Positions 1-11,895 of a stretch of DNA of 64,000 bases are shown piece after piece. Made by a program: the position numbers and the translations under genes. This DNA is from Malacoraja senta. Its lineage: Eukaryota. The stretch is taken from assembly GCA_038087875.1 (NCBI GenBank), contig JAXLNO010004385.1, positions 62,001-126,000 of the forward strand, in the 5' to 3' direction. Within the stretch, counting starts at the first letter, position 1. Each line of letters starts with the position of its first letter. The notes below the pieces were generated by a model that made no database searches, had not been told where the DNA came from, and worked only from the letters and a program-made list of their open reading frames with translations.

Positions 1-1005
1 CCTCAGGTTCAAGTGCAACCCATCCTTTTTGTACAGGTCGAACCTTCCACAAAAGAGGTCCCAATGATCCAGAAATTTGAATCCCTGCCTTCTGCACCAG
101 TCCTTCAGCCACGCATTTATCCTCCACCTCGCTCCATTCCTACTCTCACTGTCGCGTGGTACAGGCAGTAATCCCGAGATTGTTACCTTTGCTGTCCTTC
201 TCTTTAACTCCCCTCCTAACTCCCTAAATTCTCCTTTCAGGACCTCTTCTCTTTTTTTACCTATGTCATTGGTACCTATATGTATCACGACCTCGGGCTC
301 CTCTCCCTGCCCTTTCAGGGTGTCTTGGACACGTTGAGACACATCACAGACCCTGGCACCAGGGAGGCAAACTACCATCCGGGTCTCCCGACTGCGTCCA
401 CAGAATCGCCTGTCTGACCCCCTAACTATAGAGTCCCCTATTAATATTGCCCTCCTCTTCTTTTCCTTGCCCTTCTGAGCAACAGGACCGGTCTCTATAC
501 CGGAGGCCCGGCCGCTGTCGCTACCCCCAGGTAGGCTGTCCACCCCAACAGTGCTCAAACAGGAGTACTTATTGTCAAGGTGTACAGCCACCGGGGTACT
601 CTCTAGTCCCTGCCTGTGCCCCTTGCCTCTCCCAACCGTGATCCACTTGCCTGCCTCCTGTGGTGTTGGAGTGACCACATCCCTGTAACTCCTCTCAATG
701 ACTTCCTCGCTCTCCCTGACCAGACGGAGGTCATCGAGCTGCTGCTCCAGGTTCCTAATACGGTCCACTAGGAGCCCCATCTCGATACACCTGGCGCAGA
801 TGTGGACGTCTGGAGGGCTATCAGACTCCATGACTTCCCACATCTGACATCCAGAACAGTAAACTGCCCTGGCCCTCATAATCCCCTTACCCTGGATACA
901 ATACATCTGACATCCAGAACAACAAACTGCCCTGGCCCTCATACTCCCCTTACCCTGGATACAATACATCTGACATCCTAAACAGTAAACTGCCCTGGCC
1001 CTCAT
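1..1005 (-). CDS. CR1 ORF1 protein (Cys-rich N-terminus, coiled coil, SGNH esterase domain); open to window edge
   Basis: Manual translation from ATG at 1005 gives 335 codons with no stop to position 1: MRARAVYCLGCQM...CSGCQMWEV...CARC...LEQQLDDL...ILIGDSIVRG...LPGARV...VIHIGTNDI...DGLHLN (GDS, GxND and DxxH blocks). It is absent from the ORF track, presumably because its stop lies outside the window. Confidence 0.9.
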   Translation of the reverse strand, partial: MRARAVYCLGCQMYCIQGKGSMRARAVCCSGCQMYCIQGKGIMRARAVYCSGCQMWEVMESDSPPDVHICARCIEMGLLVDRIRNLEQQLDDLRLVRESEEVIERSYRDVVTPTPQEAGKWITVGRGKGHRQGLESTPVAVHLDNKYSCLSTVGVDSLPGGSDSGRASGIETGPVAQKGKEKKRRAILIGDSIVRGSDRRFCGRSRETRMVVCLPGARVCDVSQRVQDTLKGQGEEPEVVIHIGTNDIGKKREEVLKGEFRELGGELKRRTAKVTISGLLPVPRDSESRNGARWRINAWLKDWCRRQGFKFLDHWDLFCGRFDLYKKDGLHLNLR

Positions 1006-1029
1006 ACTCCCCTTACCCTGGATAGAATA
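841..1029. repeat. 63-bp tandem repeat x3 spanning the CR1 ORF1 start
   Basis: CATCTGACATCC starts at 841, 904 and 967 (period 63 = 21 codons). Confidence 0.95.
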
Positions 1030-1172
1030 TAAAACAAACTGCTACAATACAGTGCAATCAGCAGGGATCTGACTCCCAATCAGCTGCTCCCTCTTGTCTG
1101 CGTCCACCAATCAGCGGCTTCCTCAAACCCACTTGTTTTTGAAGTGGAACTTGGAACGTTACAGATTTCGGT

Positions 1173-1770
1173 TCCTTTTTAACTCCTACCGGTCGGGTGT
1201 AGCTCCTCCCTCTGCGATCTCTCCAACGGCTCTTTGGGCCTCTGTAAGGAACAAGCCCCGCGCTCCTTTTTATCTCCTACCGGTCGTGTGTAGCTCCTCC
1301 CTCTGCGACCTCTCCAACGGCTCTTTGGGCCTCTGTAAGGAACAAGCCCCGCGCTCCTTTTTAAGTCCTACCGGTCGTGTGTAGCTCCTCCCTCTGCGAT
1401 CTCTCCAACGGCTCTTTGGGCCTCTGTAAGGAACAAGCCCCGCGCTCCTTTTTAAGTCCTACCGGTCGTGTGTAGCTCCTCCCTCTGCGACCTCTCCAAC
1501 GGCTCTTTGGGCCTCTGTAAGGAACAAGCCCCGCGCTCCTTTTTAAGTCCTACCGCTCGGGTGTAGCTCCTCCCTCTGCGACCTCTCCAACGGCTCTCGG
1601 GCCTCTGTAAGCAACAAGCCCCGCGCTCCTTTTTAAGTCCTACCGCTCGGGTGTAGCTCCTCCCTCTGCGACCTCTCCAACGGCTCTCGGGCCTCTGTAA
1701 GCAACAAGCCCCGCGCTCCTTTTTAAGTCCTACCGCTCGGGTGTAGCTCCTCCCTCTGCGACCTCTCCAA
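1173..1770. repeat. 90-91-bp tandem array (about 6.5 units) at the CR1 5' end
   Basis: GTAGCTCC starts at 1199, 1290, 1381, 1472, 1563, 1653 and 1743; units are nearly identical. Confidence 0.95.
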
Positions 1771-2372
1771 TTGCTATCTTCTCCAAAATACTTAACATTA
1801 AATTGGAACCAGATATAAAACGGATCACTTTAGGTATGTCAGATGCCTGCTCTAAATTAACGATATTCCAAAGACGTTTCCTCAACTATGGCCTCATAAC
1901 GGGGAAAAAATTAATACTCAAATTCTGGAAACAGATAACAGTCCCTACAGTGAAGATGTGGATTACTGATGAGTCCGATACACTACATTTGGAAAATATT
2001 GGGCTTGTCTTGGCGGGAAAAGCAGATCAATTTCTTAAGACATGGTTCCCTTTTACTGAATTTCTGCAACAACAGAATGGTTAAACACAAATTTAAACCT
2101 GATGCCAGGGATAGGTGAAGGGGGAAGGTATATTTCCATCTTTTTTTTTCTTATTTCTTTTCTTTTCTCTTGCACTTCTTTGGAACCTTAGGGTCTATTT
2201 TCTAGCTTGTTCTTATTTTACTTCTCTTTCGTCATTCTTTTCTTTTTTCTCTCTTTTTTTTCGATTTAGGTTCTAACGTTAAAAATGAAGCTGTACAATA
2301 ATTGTATAAGTGTTATGTCGATTGCCTTATCCTTGTACAATCGCTTCTAATAAAAGAAATTCAAAAATAAAA
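1771..2372 (+). mobile_element. 5'-truncated L1/Tx1-clade LINE 3' end
   Basis: ORF 1803-2084 (...LITGKKLILKFWK...MWI...TLHLE) is homologous to the C-terminus of the L1 ORF2 at 5595-7268. It has a pyrimidine-rich 3'UTR, AATAAA and an A-rich tail. Confidence 0.8.
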
Positions 2373-2445
2373 ACCCCCACTAAAGCTGCCTTTGGTTTCA
2401 AACCGCTAAAGCTGCCTTTGGTTTCAAAACGCTAAAGCTGCCTTT

Positions 2446-3375
2446 AGACAATAGACAATAGACAAGAGACAATAGGCCATTTGGCCCTTCGAGCCAGCAC
2501 CGCCATTCAATGTGATCATGGCTGATCATCCCCAATCAGTACCCCGTTCCTGCCTTCTCCCCATATCCCTTGACGCCGCTATTTTTAAGAGCCCTATCTA
2601 GCTCTCTCTTGAAAGCATCCAGAGAAACTGCCTCCACCGCCCTCTGAGTCAGAGAATTCCACAGGCTCACCACTCTGTGAGAAATAGTGTTTCCTCGTCT
2701 CCGTTCAAATGGCTAACTCCTTATTCTTAAACTGTGGCTTCTGGACTCCCCCAACATCGGGAACATGTTTCCTGCCTCTAGCATGTCCAAGCCCTTAACA
2801 ATCTTATATGTTTCAATGAGATCCCCTCTCATCCTTCTAAACTCTAGAGTGTACAAGCCCAGCTGCTCCATTCTCTCAGCATATGACAGTCCCGCCATCC
2901 CGGGAATTAACCTTGTAAACCAACGCTGCACTCCCTCAATAGCAAGAATGTCCTTCCTCAAATTAGGGAACCAAAACTGCACACAATACTCCAGGTGTGG
3001 TCTCACTAGGGCTGTGTACAACTGCAGAAGGACCTCTTTGCTCCTATATTCGATTCCTCTTGTTATAAAGGCCAACATGCCATTCGCTTTCTTCACTGCC
3101 TGCTGTACCTGCATACATACTTTCATAGACTGATGTACAAGGACCCCCAGATCCCGTTGTACTTCCTTTTCCCAACTTGACGCCATTTAGATAGTAATCT
3201 GCATTCCTGTTTTTGCTACCAAAGTGGGTAACCTCACATTTATCCACATTAAACTTCATCTGCCATGCATCTGCCCACTCCCCCAACCTGTCCAAGTCAC
3301 CCTGCATTCTCATAGCATCCTATCACAGTTCACACTGCCACCCATCTTTGTGTCATCTGCAAATTTGCTAATGTT
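2446..3375 (-). mobile_element. CR1 LINE 3' fragment (RT C-terminus + 3'UTR + short-repeat tail)
   Basis: ORFs with LGEWADAWQMKFNVDKC and LYTALVRPHLEYCVQFW; (GACAATA)n tail on the + strand. Confidence 0.9.
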
Positions 3376-5605
3376 AGAAACATAGAAACATAGAAAATAG
3401 GTACAGGAGGAGGCCATTCGGCCCTTCGAGCCAGCACCGCCATTCATTGTGATCATGTCCCCTATCAATAACCCATGCCTGCCTTCTCCCCATATCCCTT
3501 GACTCCACTAGCCCCTAGAGCTCTATCTAACTCTCTCTTAAATCCATCTAGTGACTTGGCCTCCACTGCCCTCTGTGGCAGGGAATTACATAAATTCACA
3601 ACTCTCTGGGTGAAAACTTTTTTCTCACCTCAGTCTTAAATGACCTCCCCTTTATTCTAAGACTGTGGCCCCTGTTTCTGGACTCGCCCAACATTGGGAA
3701 TATTTTTCCTGCATCTTGCTTGTCCAGTCTTTTTATAATTTTATATGTTTCTATAAGATTCCCCCTCATCCTTCTAAACTCTAGTGAATACAAGCCTAGT
3801 CTTTTCAATCTTTCCTCATATGACAATCCCACCATCCCAAGGATCAATCTCTTGAACCTACGCTGTACTGCCTCAATCACAAGGATGTCCTTCCTCAAAT
3901 TAGGAGACCAAAACAGTACACAATACTCCAGATGTGGTCTCACCAGACCCCTATACAACTGCAGAAGAACCTCTCTACTCCTATACTGAAATCCTCTTGT
4001 TATGAAGGCCAACATTCCATTAGTTTTCTTCACTGCCTGCTGTACCTGCACGCCAACTTTCAGTGACCGGTGTACAAGGACGCCCAGGTCTCGCTGCACC
4101 TCCCCCTTACCTAACCCAACCCCATTGAGATAATAATCTGCCCCCTTGTTTTTGCTGCCAAAGTGGATAACCTCACATTTATCTATATTATACTGCATCT
4201 GCCACGCATCTGCCCACTCACTCAACCTGTCCAGGTCACCCTGCAACCTCCTAACATCCTCTTCACAGTTCACACTGCCACCCAGCTATGTGTCATCCGC
4301 AAACCTGCTAGTGTTGCTCCTAATTCCCTCTTCCAAATCATTAATATATATGGTAAACAATTGCGGCCCCAACACCGAGCCTTGCGGCCAGTGGCGGACT
4401 GGCCAGGGTATCAGCTTGCCCGATGGCAAGTGGGCCCCTGATGAAGTGCCCCCCCCCCCCTATATCAAATAAAAATGCAATAAACAAACAAACACAGATA
4501 ACTGTTTTAGTAATAAAAAGGAATAAGATGTATCTGGCAGCTAGAATTACACTGAAAGTTTAATTAAAAAAAATATCCACAGTATCAACAGGGATGAACT
4601 ACTTTTGAGTTAAAATTAGTCACAAAAATTTACATTCATTCAATCTCACAGGACTTATCTTATAATAATTACTTACAATATTCTCTGATTTTACCACTCC
4701 AGTGTGATTTTTAATTCTTTGAAAAGGTTCTCCCAATACTTAAATGACACCAAATAATAATATACTCCCAAAAAATTTCGGTTGGCAAGTGAGAAAATTT
4801 TGTATCAAAGATTTGTCCGTATTTTTGTCACACACACTTGAAAAGCCTCAGCCTGCCCCCCCCCCCCCCCCCCTTATTGAAGAGATGTTTTTAATTTTTA
4901 GTTTTTGTATATGTATAAAAGATCATTGTTGCATATAACTTCTTGTTGCATCATTCACCAGGCGGCCAGACGTGGCGTGGCTCCTTTACCATTCTTTTTA
5001 TATAGTTTTTCAAGGATCGTAAAAAAAAATTATCGGTAAACAATATCCAAATTCAGCTACATGTGAGTTCAAATTTAGATATTAGAAAAACGTAATTGTT
5101 ACACCAGGGTAGGCTCCAGTTATCCATAGTAATTATCTGGTTATCAGTGACTGCATTGAAAATATTATATGAAAAGTTAATGAAGCCTGTTCTTCAGCAT
5201 ATGTGCTTAAACATAAGTTATTGTTAAAGCTATGTGAGAGGTATTATCAATATTCAGGATTTTTTCATGTATATATTCTTGTGAATCATTGTTCTCAGTG
5301 ATGAACATTAAGTATCGTAAAAGTAATAGCCTTACAGATGAAACTAGTAGTGCTTGCATATCTCTCAAGGTTAACAAATATAAACCGGATATAAAATATG
5401 TGTCATCAGCGATGCAGCAGCAGGACTCATTGATGCTAAATGTATAAAACGTCCACAATTATTATTCGGTATGTGCTTAAAGGTATTATCTGTGAGCGAC
5501 TACTTTCAGTTGAGCCAAGTAATGATGGTACAGGACAGGGACTTTTTGATCTATTGATTGAAACATTACAGCATCTTAAAATTGACCCCCAAAAATGTTT
5601 ATCTG

Positions 5606-7614
5606 TATTATGTTTAACTATATTACAAAGTTAGAAACTAGTATTCCAAATCTATTAAATCTAATAGCACAATTTGGTCAGTTCTCAGGATATAGGATTA
5701 ATTGGAATAAAAGTGAAATTATGCCAATAACAAAATTCAACTTAAATACAATACAACAATCCCCTTTTAAAATAGTTAAAGATAAACTTAAATATTTAGG
5801 AATCTATGTAACTAAGACATATACCTCTTTATTTAAACAAAATTTTCCATCCTTACTTAATAAATTACACAAACATATTCAGTACTGGAAAACACTTCCT
5901 ATTTCAATGCTTGGTAGAATTAATGCTATAAAAATGATTTTCTTACCGCAACTACTATATTTATTTCAATTAATTCCGATATATATTCCAAAAAACGTTT
6001 TCAAAAAAGTCGACTCCATTGTTTCAAGCTTTATTTGGGATTATAAGAATCATAGAATAAGTAAAAAACATTTATGGAAGTCAAAGAGCAACGGAGGTTT
6101 GGCCTTGCCAAATTTATTATTTTATTTTTGGGCAGTCCATATTAAAAACATGAATTTCTGGCTGGAAGAAATGGACCAACAACCAGAATGGTTAAGGATG
6201 GAAAAGGAAGACTGTTTACCTTTTGAAATAGGTTCGATTATATTTGCTACCACAAAATTGCATAAAAAAACCTATAAGGAAAACCCCATAATACATAGTG
6301 GAATACGAATTTGGAAACAATTAAAAAAGGCTTTAAAACTGAATAATATACCACTATGCCTTCCCATTGTAAATAATCCTCTATTCAAGCCATCCATATT
6401 GGATAGAGGTTTTATACAATGGAAAAATCAGGGAATTAAAAGGATTGGACATCTTTATAGGGAAGGCATCTTTCTGTCATTTCAAGAGTTACAACAGAAT
6501 CATGGACTACACTCAAATAACTTTTTCAGATATTTACAAATTAGAGATTATGTTAAATCCAATACACAAGTTTATAGGACTAGGGAACCAGAAATTCTTG
6601 ATGAATGTTTGAATACGCATCCTAACACTGAAAAATTAATAGCTTATATTTATAACATTCTCCTAAATAATGAGGAACCACCGATGGAACTATATATACA
6701 TAAATGGGAAAATGAGTTAGGTTATCCTATTACGAAAGATATTTGGGACGAAAGTTTACAACATATACATCAATGTTCGTTAAATGCCAGACATGCTTTA
6801 ATACAATTTAAAGTCTTACACAGATTACATTATTCCAAAATAAAACTAAATAGAATTTTCCCACATATTTCTCCTATATGTGATAAATGCCTGCACCTAG
6901 AGGCCAATTTAACACATACCTTTGCAAATTGTATAAAAATTAAAAATTACTGGACTGATATTTTTCAAATAATCTCTGAAGTTGTTAATACCAAATTGGC
7001 TCCAGACTCAAAATTAATAATACTTGGGATATCAGAACAAAGTTTAACACTCACAACAAGCCAAAGAAACTTCCTTGACTACAGTATAATAACTGGGAAA
7101 AAATTAATATTAAAATTCTGGAAAGGCCCTACAACCCCCACAATTAAAATGTGGATTGTGGAAATGTCGGAGACCCTACATCTAGAAAGAATTAGACTTG
7201 TCTTAATGGACAAGCAAGAACTTTTTGTTAAAATATGGGCTCCATTCATTGCCTATTTGAAGGGATAGAGTGGCCCAGCGCGAAAGCCCGACTGAAGCTT
7301 GAACTCAGGATTAGATGTAATTATATTTCATAACCTACGAACTTATCTCCTATGACGTATTATAAGTTATTCATTCCACCTCTTTTTCTTTTTTGATATT
7401 GTAATTCTTCTTTCTCTCTTTTCTTTCTTCTTTCTCTCTATTTTTCTTTTTCTATCTATATAAAAAAAAAACACTAGAAGCAGAAATAACTGACAATTGA
7501 CAAATTTAATAATGTATGAGTGATTGATGTATATGAAAAGTTTTTTCTTCTATTATAATATGTTACTCTACATTGTAATATGTTTGCTTCTAATAAAAAT
7601 TTATATCACAAAAA
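5606..7614 (+). mobile_element. 5'-truncated L1/Tx1-clade LINE inserted in the hAT transposase
   Basis: The 557-aa frame 5595-7268 is the ORF2 C-terminal half (GYRINWNKS, KYLGI, CDKC...HTFANC knuckle). It has AATAAA plus a poly(A) tail, and a 15-bp TSD AAAAATGTTTATCTG at 5591-5605 and 7615-7629. Confidence 0.93.
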
Positions 7615-7718
7615 AAAAATGTTTATCTGATAGCACAGATGGCGCTGCAAGCTACTATGGCCAGTATAATGGTTTACAAAGTAAAATTGCTGATGTGGCT
7701 GATCAACATGTTCATATA

Positions 7719-7773
7719 CAATACAATACAATACGGTTTTATTCGTCACATTGCACATAAAGTGCAAGTGAAA
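7719..7773 (-). mobile_element. 55-nt retroposed LINE 3' tail inside the hAT transposase
   Basis: The reverse strand reads TTTCACTTGCAC...GTGACGAATAAAACC(GTATT)n, like other LINE tails in the window. Removing it joins HVHI to WCYAH. Confidence 0.65.
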
Positions 7774-10559
7774 TGGTGCTATGCCCATGTCTTGAATTTG
7801 GTGATAACTGAAACAACAAATGTTGTGAGCCTGCAGTTTCTTTTTTCAATTTGCTCCAGAATAGAGCAACTTTTGTGAAAGCATCATACAAGAGAATGGC
7901 TGTATGGATAGAAGTTGTTGGAAAACATCTAGGATAAGAAAAAAATGAAACGATTAAAGCTAATTGGTGAGACCAGATGGTCAGGAAAATCCAATGCAGC
8001 AACAACTATATTTGGAAGTTTTGATGATGCCGCTGCCAGTACTTTCGTAAATCTATTGACATGATTATCAATGATACAAGATTCAGAAAAGTTTGATGCA
8101 AAAACAAAACATGAAGCAAATGTTTTACTTCAAAGTCTTCTAAAGTTTGAAACCATATTGACAGCATTTCTTTACTTGTATATATTTGAAACTACAACCC
8201 CATTATCAAGTTATCTACAGACAAGTGGGTTAGATGTGTTTACTGCATGGAGTTTGGTAGATTCAGCTACAACAAAGTTGAAGGAACAGACAAGAACATT
8301 TAATAACGTTCACAGCAAGGCTTTGGAATTTGTAAAGAAATGTAATGACAGGATTTCACAGATGAATATGGATGAAAATCAAACATTGGAAATTATTGCG
8401 TTGGAAACAGCATTGCCAGTTAAGAGGCAGAGGAAGAAGAAAATAATGGCAGATGAGCTTATTGATGATAAAAGAAATTCCTCAGATTCTCTAGCTGATT
8501 TTTGAGTAAATGTGTTTAACCCAATAATGGATCGCATTGTCCAGTCACTAGAATCACGCTTTGTACAACACAAACAGTTGTATAAAGATTTGTCCTGCTT
8601 GGACCCAGCAAAGTTTAAAACTATTGCAGAGAAGGGCCTTGAAGATGAAGCATTGGAAGGTATTATTAAGCTGTTTCCACAAATCAGCAAAGATCAAGTA
8701 ATATTGGAATTGTTTTCTTTTGCTTCAAACTTTGATGTATTAAAGTTGCTTAATGATCGTGAGAATATGGATTCCAGTTGCAACAATTGTAAAATGTGCA
8801 GCACTTGCCCATCGAGTGTACTAAACATTCTGGCATCCAACAGACTTCATGACAAGGCATATGATAACCTTTATCAACTTTATAAAGTCATCTGCACACT
8901 ATCAGTTACTCAAGTCCAATGTGAGAGGACATTTTCAAAGCTAAAGATCATAAAGACAAGGTTAAGAAATTCGCTGTCTGAGGAGAATTTGGAATCATAC
9001 ATGTTGCTAACCATTGAAAAGGAATTGTTAGATGAATTGGATGCAGAAGCAATTATTGGCAGATTCGCACAATCATCTAGCGAACACAAACGATTGCTCT
9101 TAATATAGTGGACTGCATGCAATGCTCTATTGTGCTTTTCAACTATCTGTTAATGTGTAAATTGTGCAGTAAATTATTTTAAAATATCAACCAATTACTT
9201 AAAATTAAAAAAAAAAAAAATTATAACATTCTGTATTTACATTCGGTATCTACTGCCAGTAATATGTACAGTACATGTACACTGTAATTACTAAGAACCA
9301 TTTTTTTCACAAAAATTTTAAATTGTACCCTTTTTTCCATATGTATTTTTTGAAAATATTATTTATTCGTTATGAAAATTAAATGATAGCATTGTAGTTG
9401 TGGGTGGGCCCCCTTTGTCTCCTGGCAACCAATATTTTTAGACCCAGTCCGCCACTGCTTGCGGCACTCCACTCGCCACTTACTGCCATTCTGAAAAGGA
9501 CCCGTTCACTCCTACTCTTTGCTTCCGGTCTGCCAACCAATTTTCTATCCATGTCAACACCTTACCCCCAATACCATGAGCTCTAATTTTAGTCACCAGT
9601 GTCCCGTGCGGGACCTTATCAAATGCTTTCTGAAAGTCCAGGTACACTACATCCACTGGCACCCCTTCATCCATTTTACTTGTCACATCCTCAAAAAATT
9701 CCAGAAGATTAGTCAAGCATGATTTCCCTTTCATAAATCCATGTTAACGGACTAATCCTTTTACTGCTATCCAAATGCCCCATTATTACCTCTTTAATAA
9801 TTGACTCCAGCATCTTTCCCACCACCGAAGTCAGGCTAACTGGTCTGTAATTCCCTGTTTTCTCTCTCGCTCCTTTCTTGAAAAGTGGGATAACATTAGC
9901 TATCCTCCAATCCACAGGAACTGATCCTGAATCTATTGAACATTGGAAAATGATCACCAATGCATCCACTATTTCTAGAGCCACCTCCCTGAGGACCCTG
10001 GGATGCAGACCATCAGGTCCAGGGGATTTATCATCCTTCAGTCCCATTAGCCTACCCAATACTATTTCTCGCCTAATGAAAATTTCTTTCAGTTCCTCTA
10101 CCCCCTTAGATCCTCTGTCCTCCAGTACAGCTGGGAGATTGTTTGTGTCTTCCTTAGTGAAGACAGATCCGAAGTACCTATTCAACTCTTCTGCCATTTC
10201 CTTGTTGCCCATAATAATTTCACCCGTGTCTGCCTTCAAGGGACCCACATTTGACTTTGCTACTCTTTTTCCCTTAACATCTTTAAGCTTCTTTACTCAA
10301 TACTCTGACTGATGAAGGACAAAGTGCCAAAATATTTTTTGACCACCTAATATACCAGCGACTCAACCTGCAAGGAACCATGCAACCATCAACCATTCCT
10401 CTGCCCACCTGGCTAATTGATCGAGATCCTGCTGCAATCTTTCACAACCATTTTCACTATTTGCAAATCCACTCACTTCTGTATCATCAGCAAACTTGCT
10501 AATCTTGCCCTGTTCTGTGACGTTTCACAGAGTGCTGGAGTAACTGAGTGCTGGAGTAA

Positions 10560-11430
10560 TATTGCGAGGTCAGGCTGAGTACAGAAGTTGGGAGGTCATG
10601 TTGCAGTTGTATAAGAAGTTGATGAGGCCGCATTTAGAGTATTGTATTCAGTTCTGGGCACCATGTAATAGGAAAGATGTCATTAAACTGGAAAGGGTAC
10701 AGTGAAGATTTACGAGGATGTTGCCTCAGGACTAGAGGGCCAAGCTATAGGGAGAGGTTGAGTAGGCTGGTACTCTATTTCATGGAGCACAGGAGGATGA
10801 GGGATGATCTAATAGAGGTGTATAAAATCATGATTTGAATAGATATGGTTGAGTCTTTTGCGCAGAGTAGGTGAATCGGGGAGCAGAGGACATAAGTTCA
10901 AGGTGAAGGGCTAAAGCTTTAATAGGAATCTGACAGGTATATTTTTCACACAAAGGGTGGTAGGTGTATGGAACAAGCTGCCAGAGGAGGTACAGACAGG
11001 GACTATCGCAAAATTTAAGAAACACTTAAACAGGTATATGGATAGGACATGTTCGGAGAGATATGGATCAAATGTGGACAGGAGGGACTAGTGTAGATGG
11101 GACATGCTGGGCCGAAGGGCCTGTTTCCACACTGTATCTCTCTATGACTATCTATCTTTCCCTCTCAAACCCATTCTCCTGCCTTCTCCCCATTACCTCT
11201 GACACCTGTATCAATCAAGAATCTATCAATCTCCTCCTTAAAAGTGTCCATTGACTTGACCTCCACAGCTGTCTGTGGCAATGAATTCGACAGTTCACCA
11301 CCTTCTGACTTAAGAAATTCCTGCTCATCTTCTTCCTAAAGGAATGTATTTTAATTCTGAGGCTGTGGCCACTGGTCCTAGACTCTCCCACTAGTGGAAA
11401 CATCCTCTCCACATCCACTCCATCCAGGTT
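10560..11430. mobile_element. Two opposed CR1 3' fragments (+ about 10560-11145; - about 11150-11430)
   Basis: Degenerate RPHLEYCIQFWAP coding and CR1 3'UTR sequence in both orientations. Confidence 0.75.
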
Positions 11431-11639
11431 TTTACCAGGCTGGGACAGACGGCAACAGCTTCACACCGTGTCCCAAAGCTTGTGTCCTGTCCTGCTTCAC
11501 CCAGGCAGCAGAGACGTTATAGGAGAGGGCAAGCACCGTCACAAAGTAGCTCACGATGGTTTGGGTAACATTCAGGAATGTCTATGCATGTCACATCATG
11601 AATATAACTGAAGAAGGGTCTTGACCCGAAATATAATCT

Positions 11640-11895
11640 ATACCTTTTCTCCAGAGATGCTGCCTGACCCAGTGATTTGCTCCAGCACTCTGTGAAATGT
11701 CACCTATCCATGTTCTCCGCAGATGCTGCCTGACTCACTGAGTTACTCCAGCGCTCTGTGACATGTCACCTATCCATGTTCTCCAGAGATGCTGCCTGAC
11801 CCACTGAGTTACTCCAGCACTCTGTGACATGTCACCTATCCATGTTCTCCACAGTTGCTGCCTGACCCGCTGAGTTACTCCAGCACTTTGTGTCT
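11640..11895 (+). repeat. 66-bp tandem repeat x~4 of a Penelope-terminus segment
   Basis: GATGCTGCCTGAC-type motif at 11656, 11722, 11788 and 11854. It is preceded by a degenerate CTGAAGAAGGGTCTTGACCCGAAA core near 11607. Confidence 0.85.

Larger units (their letters stand above)
1..1770 (-). mobile_element. 5' part of a CR1 LINE (5' monomer array, 5'UTR, ORF1); element continues beyond window start
   Basis: The minus strand encodes a CR1-type ORF1 with SGNH-esterase motifs. It is preceded by a 5'UTR and a tandem 90-91 bp array. Confidence 0.85.
5440..9108 (+). pseudogene. Disrupted hAT transposase
   Basis: Pieces: IIIRYV...ERLLSV...CLS (5440-5605), DSTDGAAS...HVHI (to 7718), WCYAHVLNLV (from 7774), and C-terminal CERTFSKLKIIKTRLRNSL. 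It is interrupted by an L1, a 55-nt insert, a TGA at 8503-8505 and frameshifts. Confidence 0.88.
4389..9457 (+). mobile_element. hAT DNA transposon (ZMYM1/THAP12-like transposase), degenerate
   Basis: 14-bp TIR CAGTGGCGGACTGG (4389-4402) / CCAGTCCGCCACTG (9444-9457); 8-bp TSD CTTGCGGC at 4381-4388 and 9458-9465; internal transposase remnants. Confidence 0.95.
3376..10285 (-). mobile_element. CR1 LINE (5'-truncated ORF2), split by a hAT transposon at 4389-9457
   Basis: Segments 9466-10285 (KSPGPDG, NYRPVSLTS, DFQKAFDKV) and 3376-4388 (FADDT, RPHLEYC) rejoin across the hAT to restore the RT motif [10 protein letters not shown]. Confidence 0.92.

Noticed and set aside
1173-1770. CRISPR-like array
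   Set aside because: The units are contiguous near-identical repeats with no unique spacers, and the context is eukaryotic.
5595-7268. Longest ORF (557 aa) as a host gene
   Set aside because: It is the C-terminal half of an L1-clade ORF2, with a poly(A) tail and TSD. Its 'start' lies in the TSD or flanking hAT sequence.
7630-7650. CTCF-like CACAGATGGCGCTG
   Set aside because: The 5' half of the core mismatches, and the sequence is simply the transposase DGA codons.
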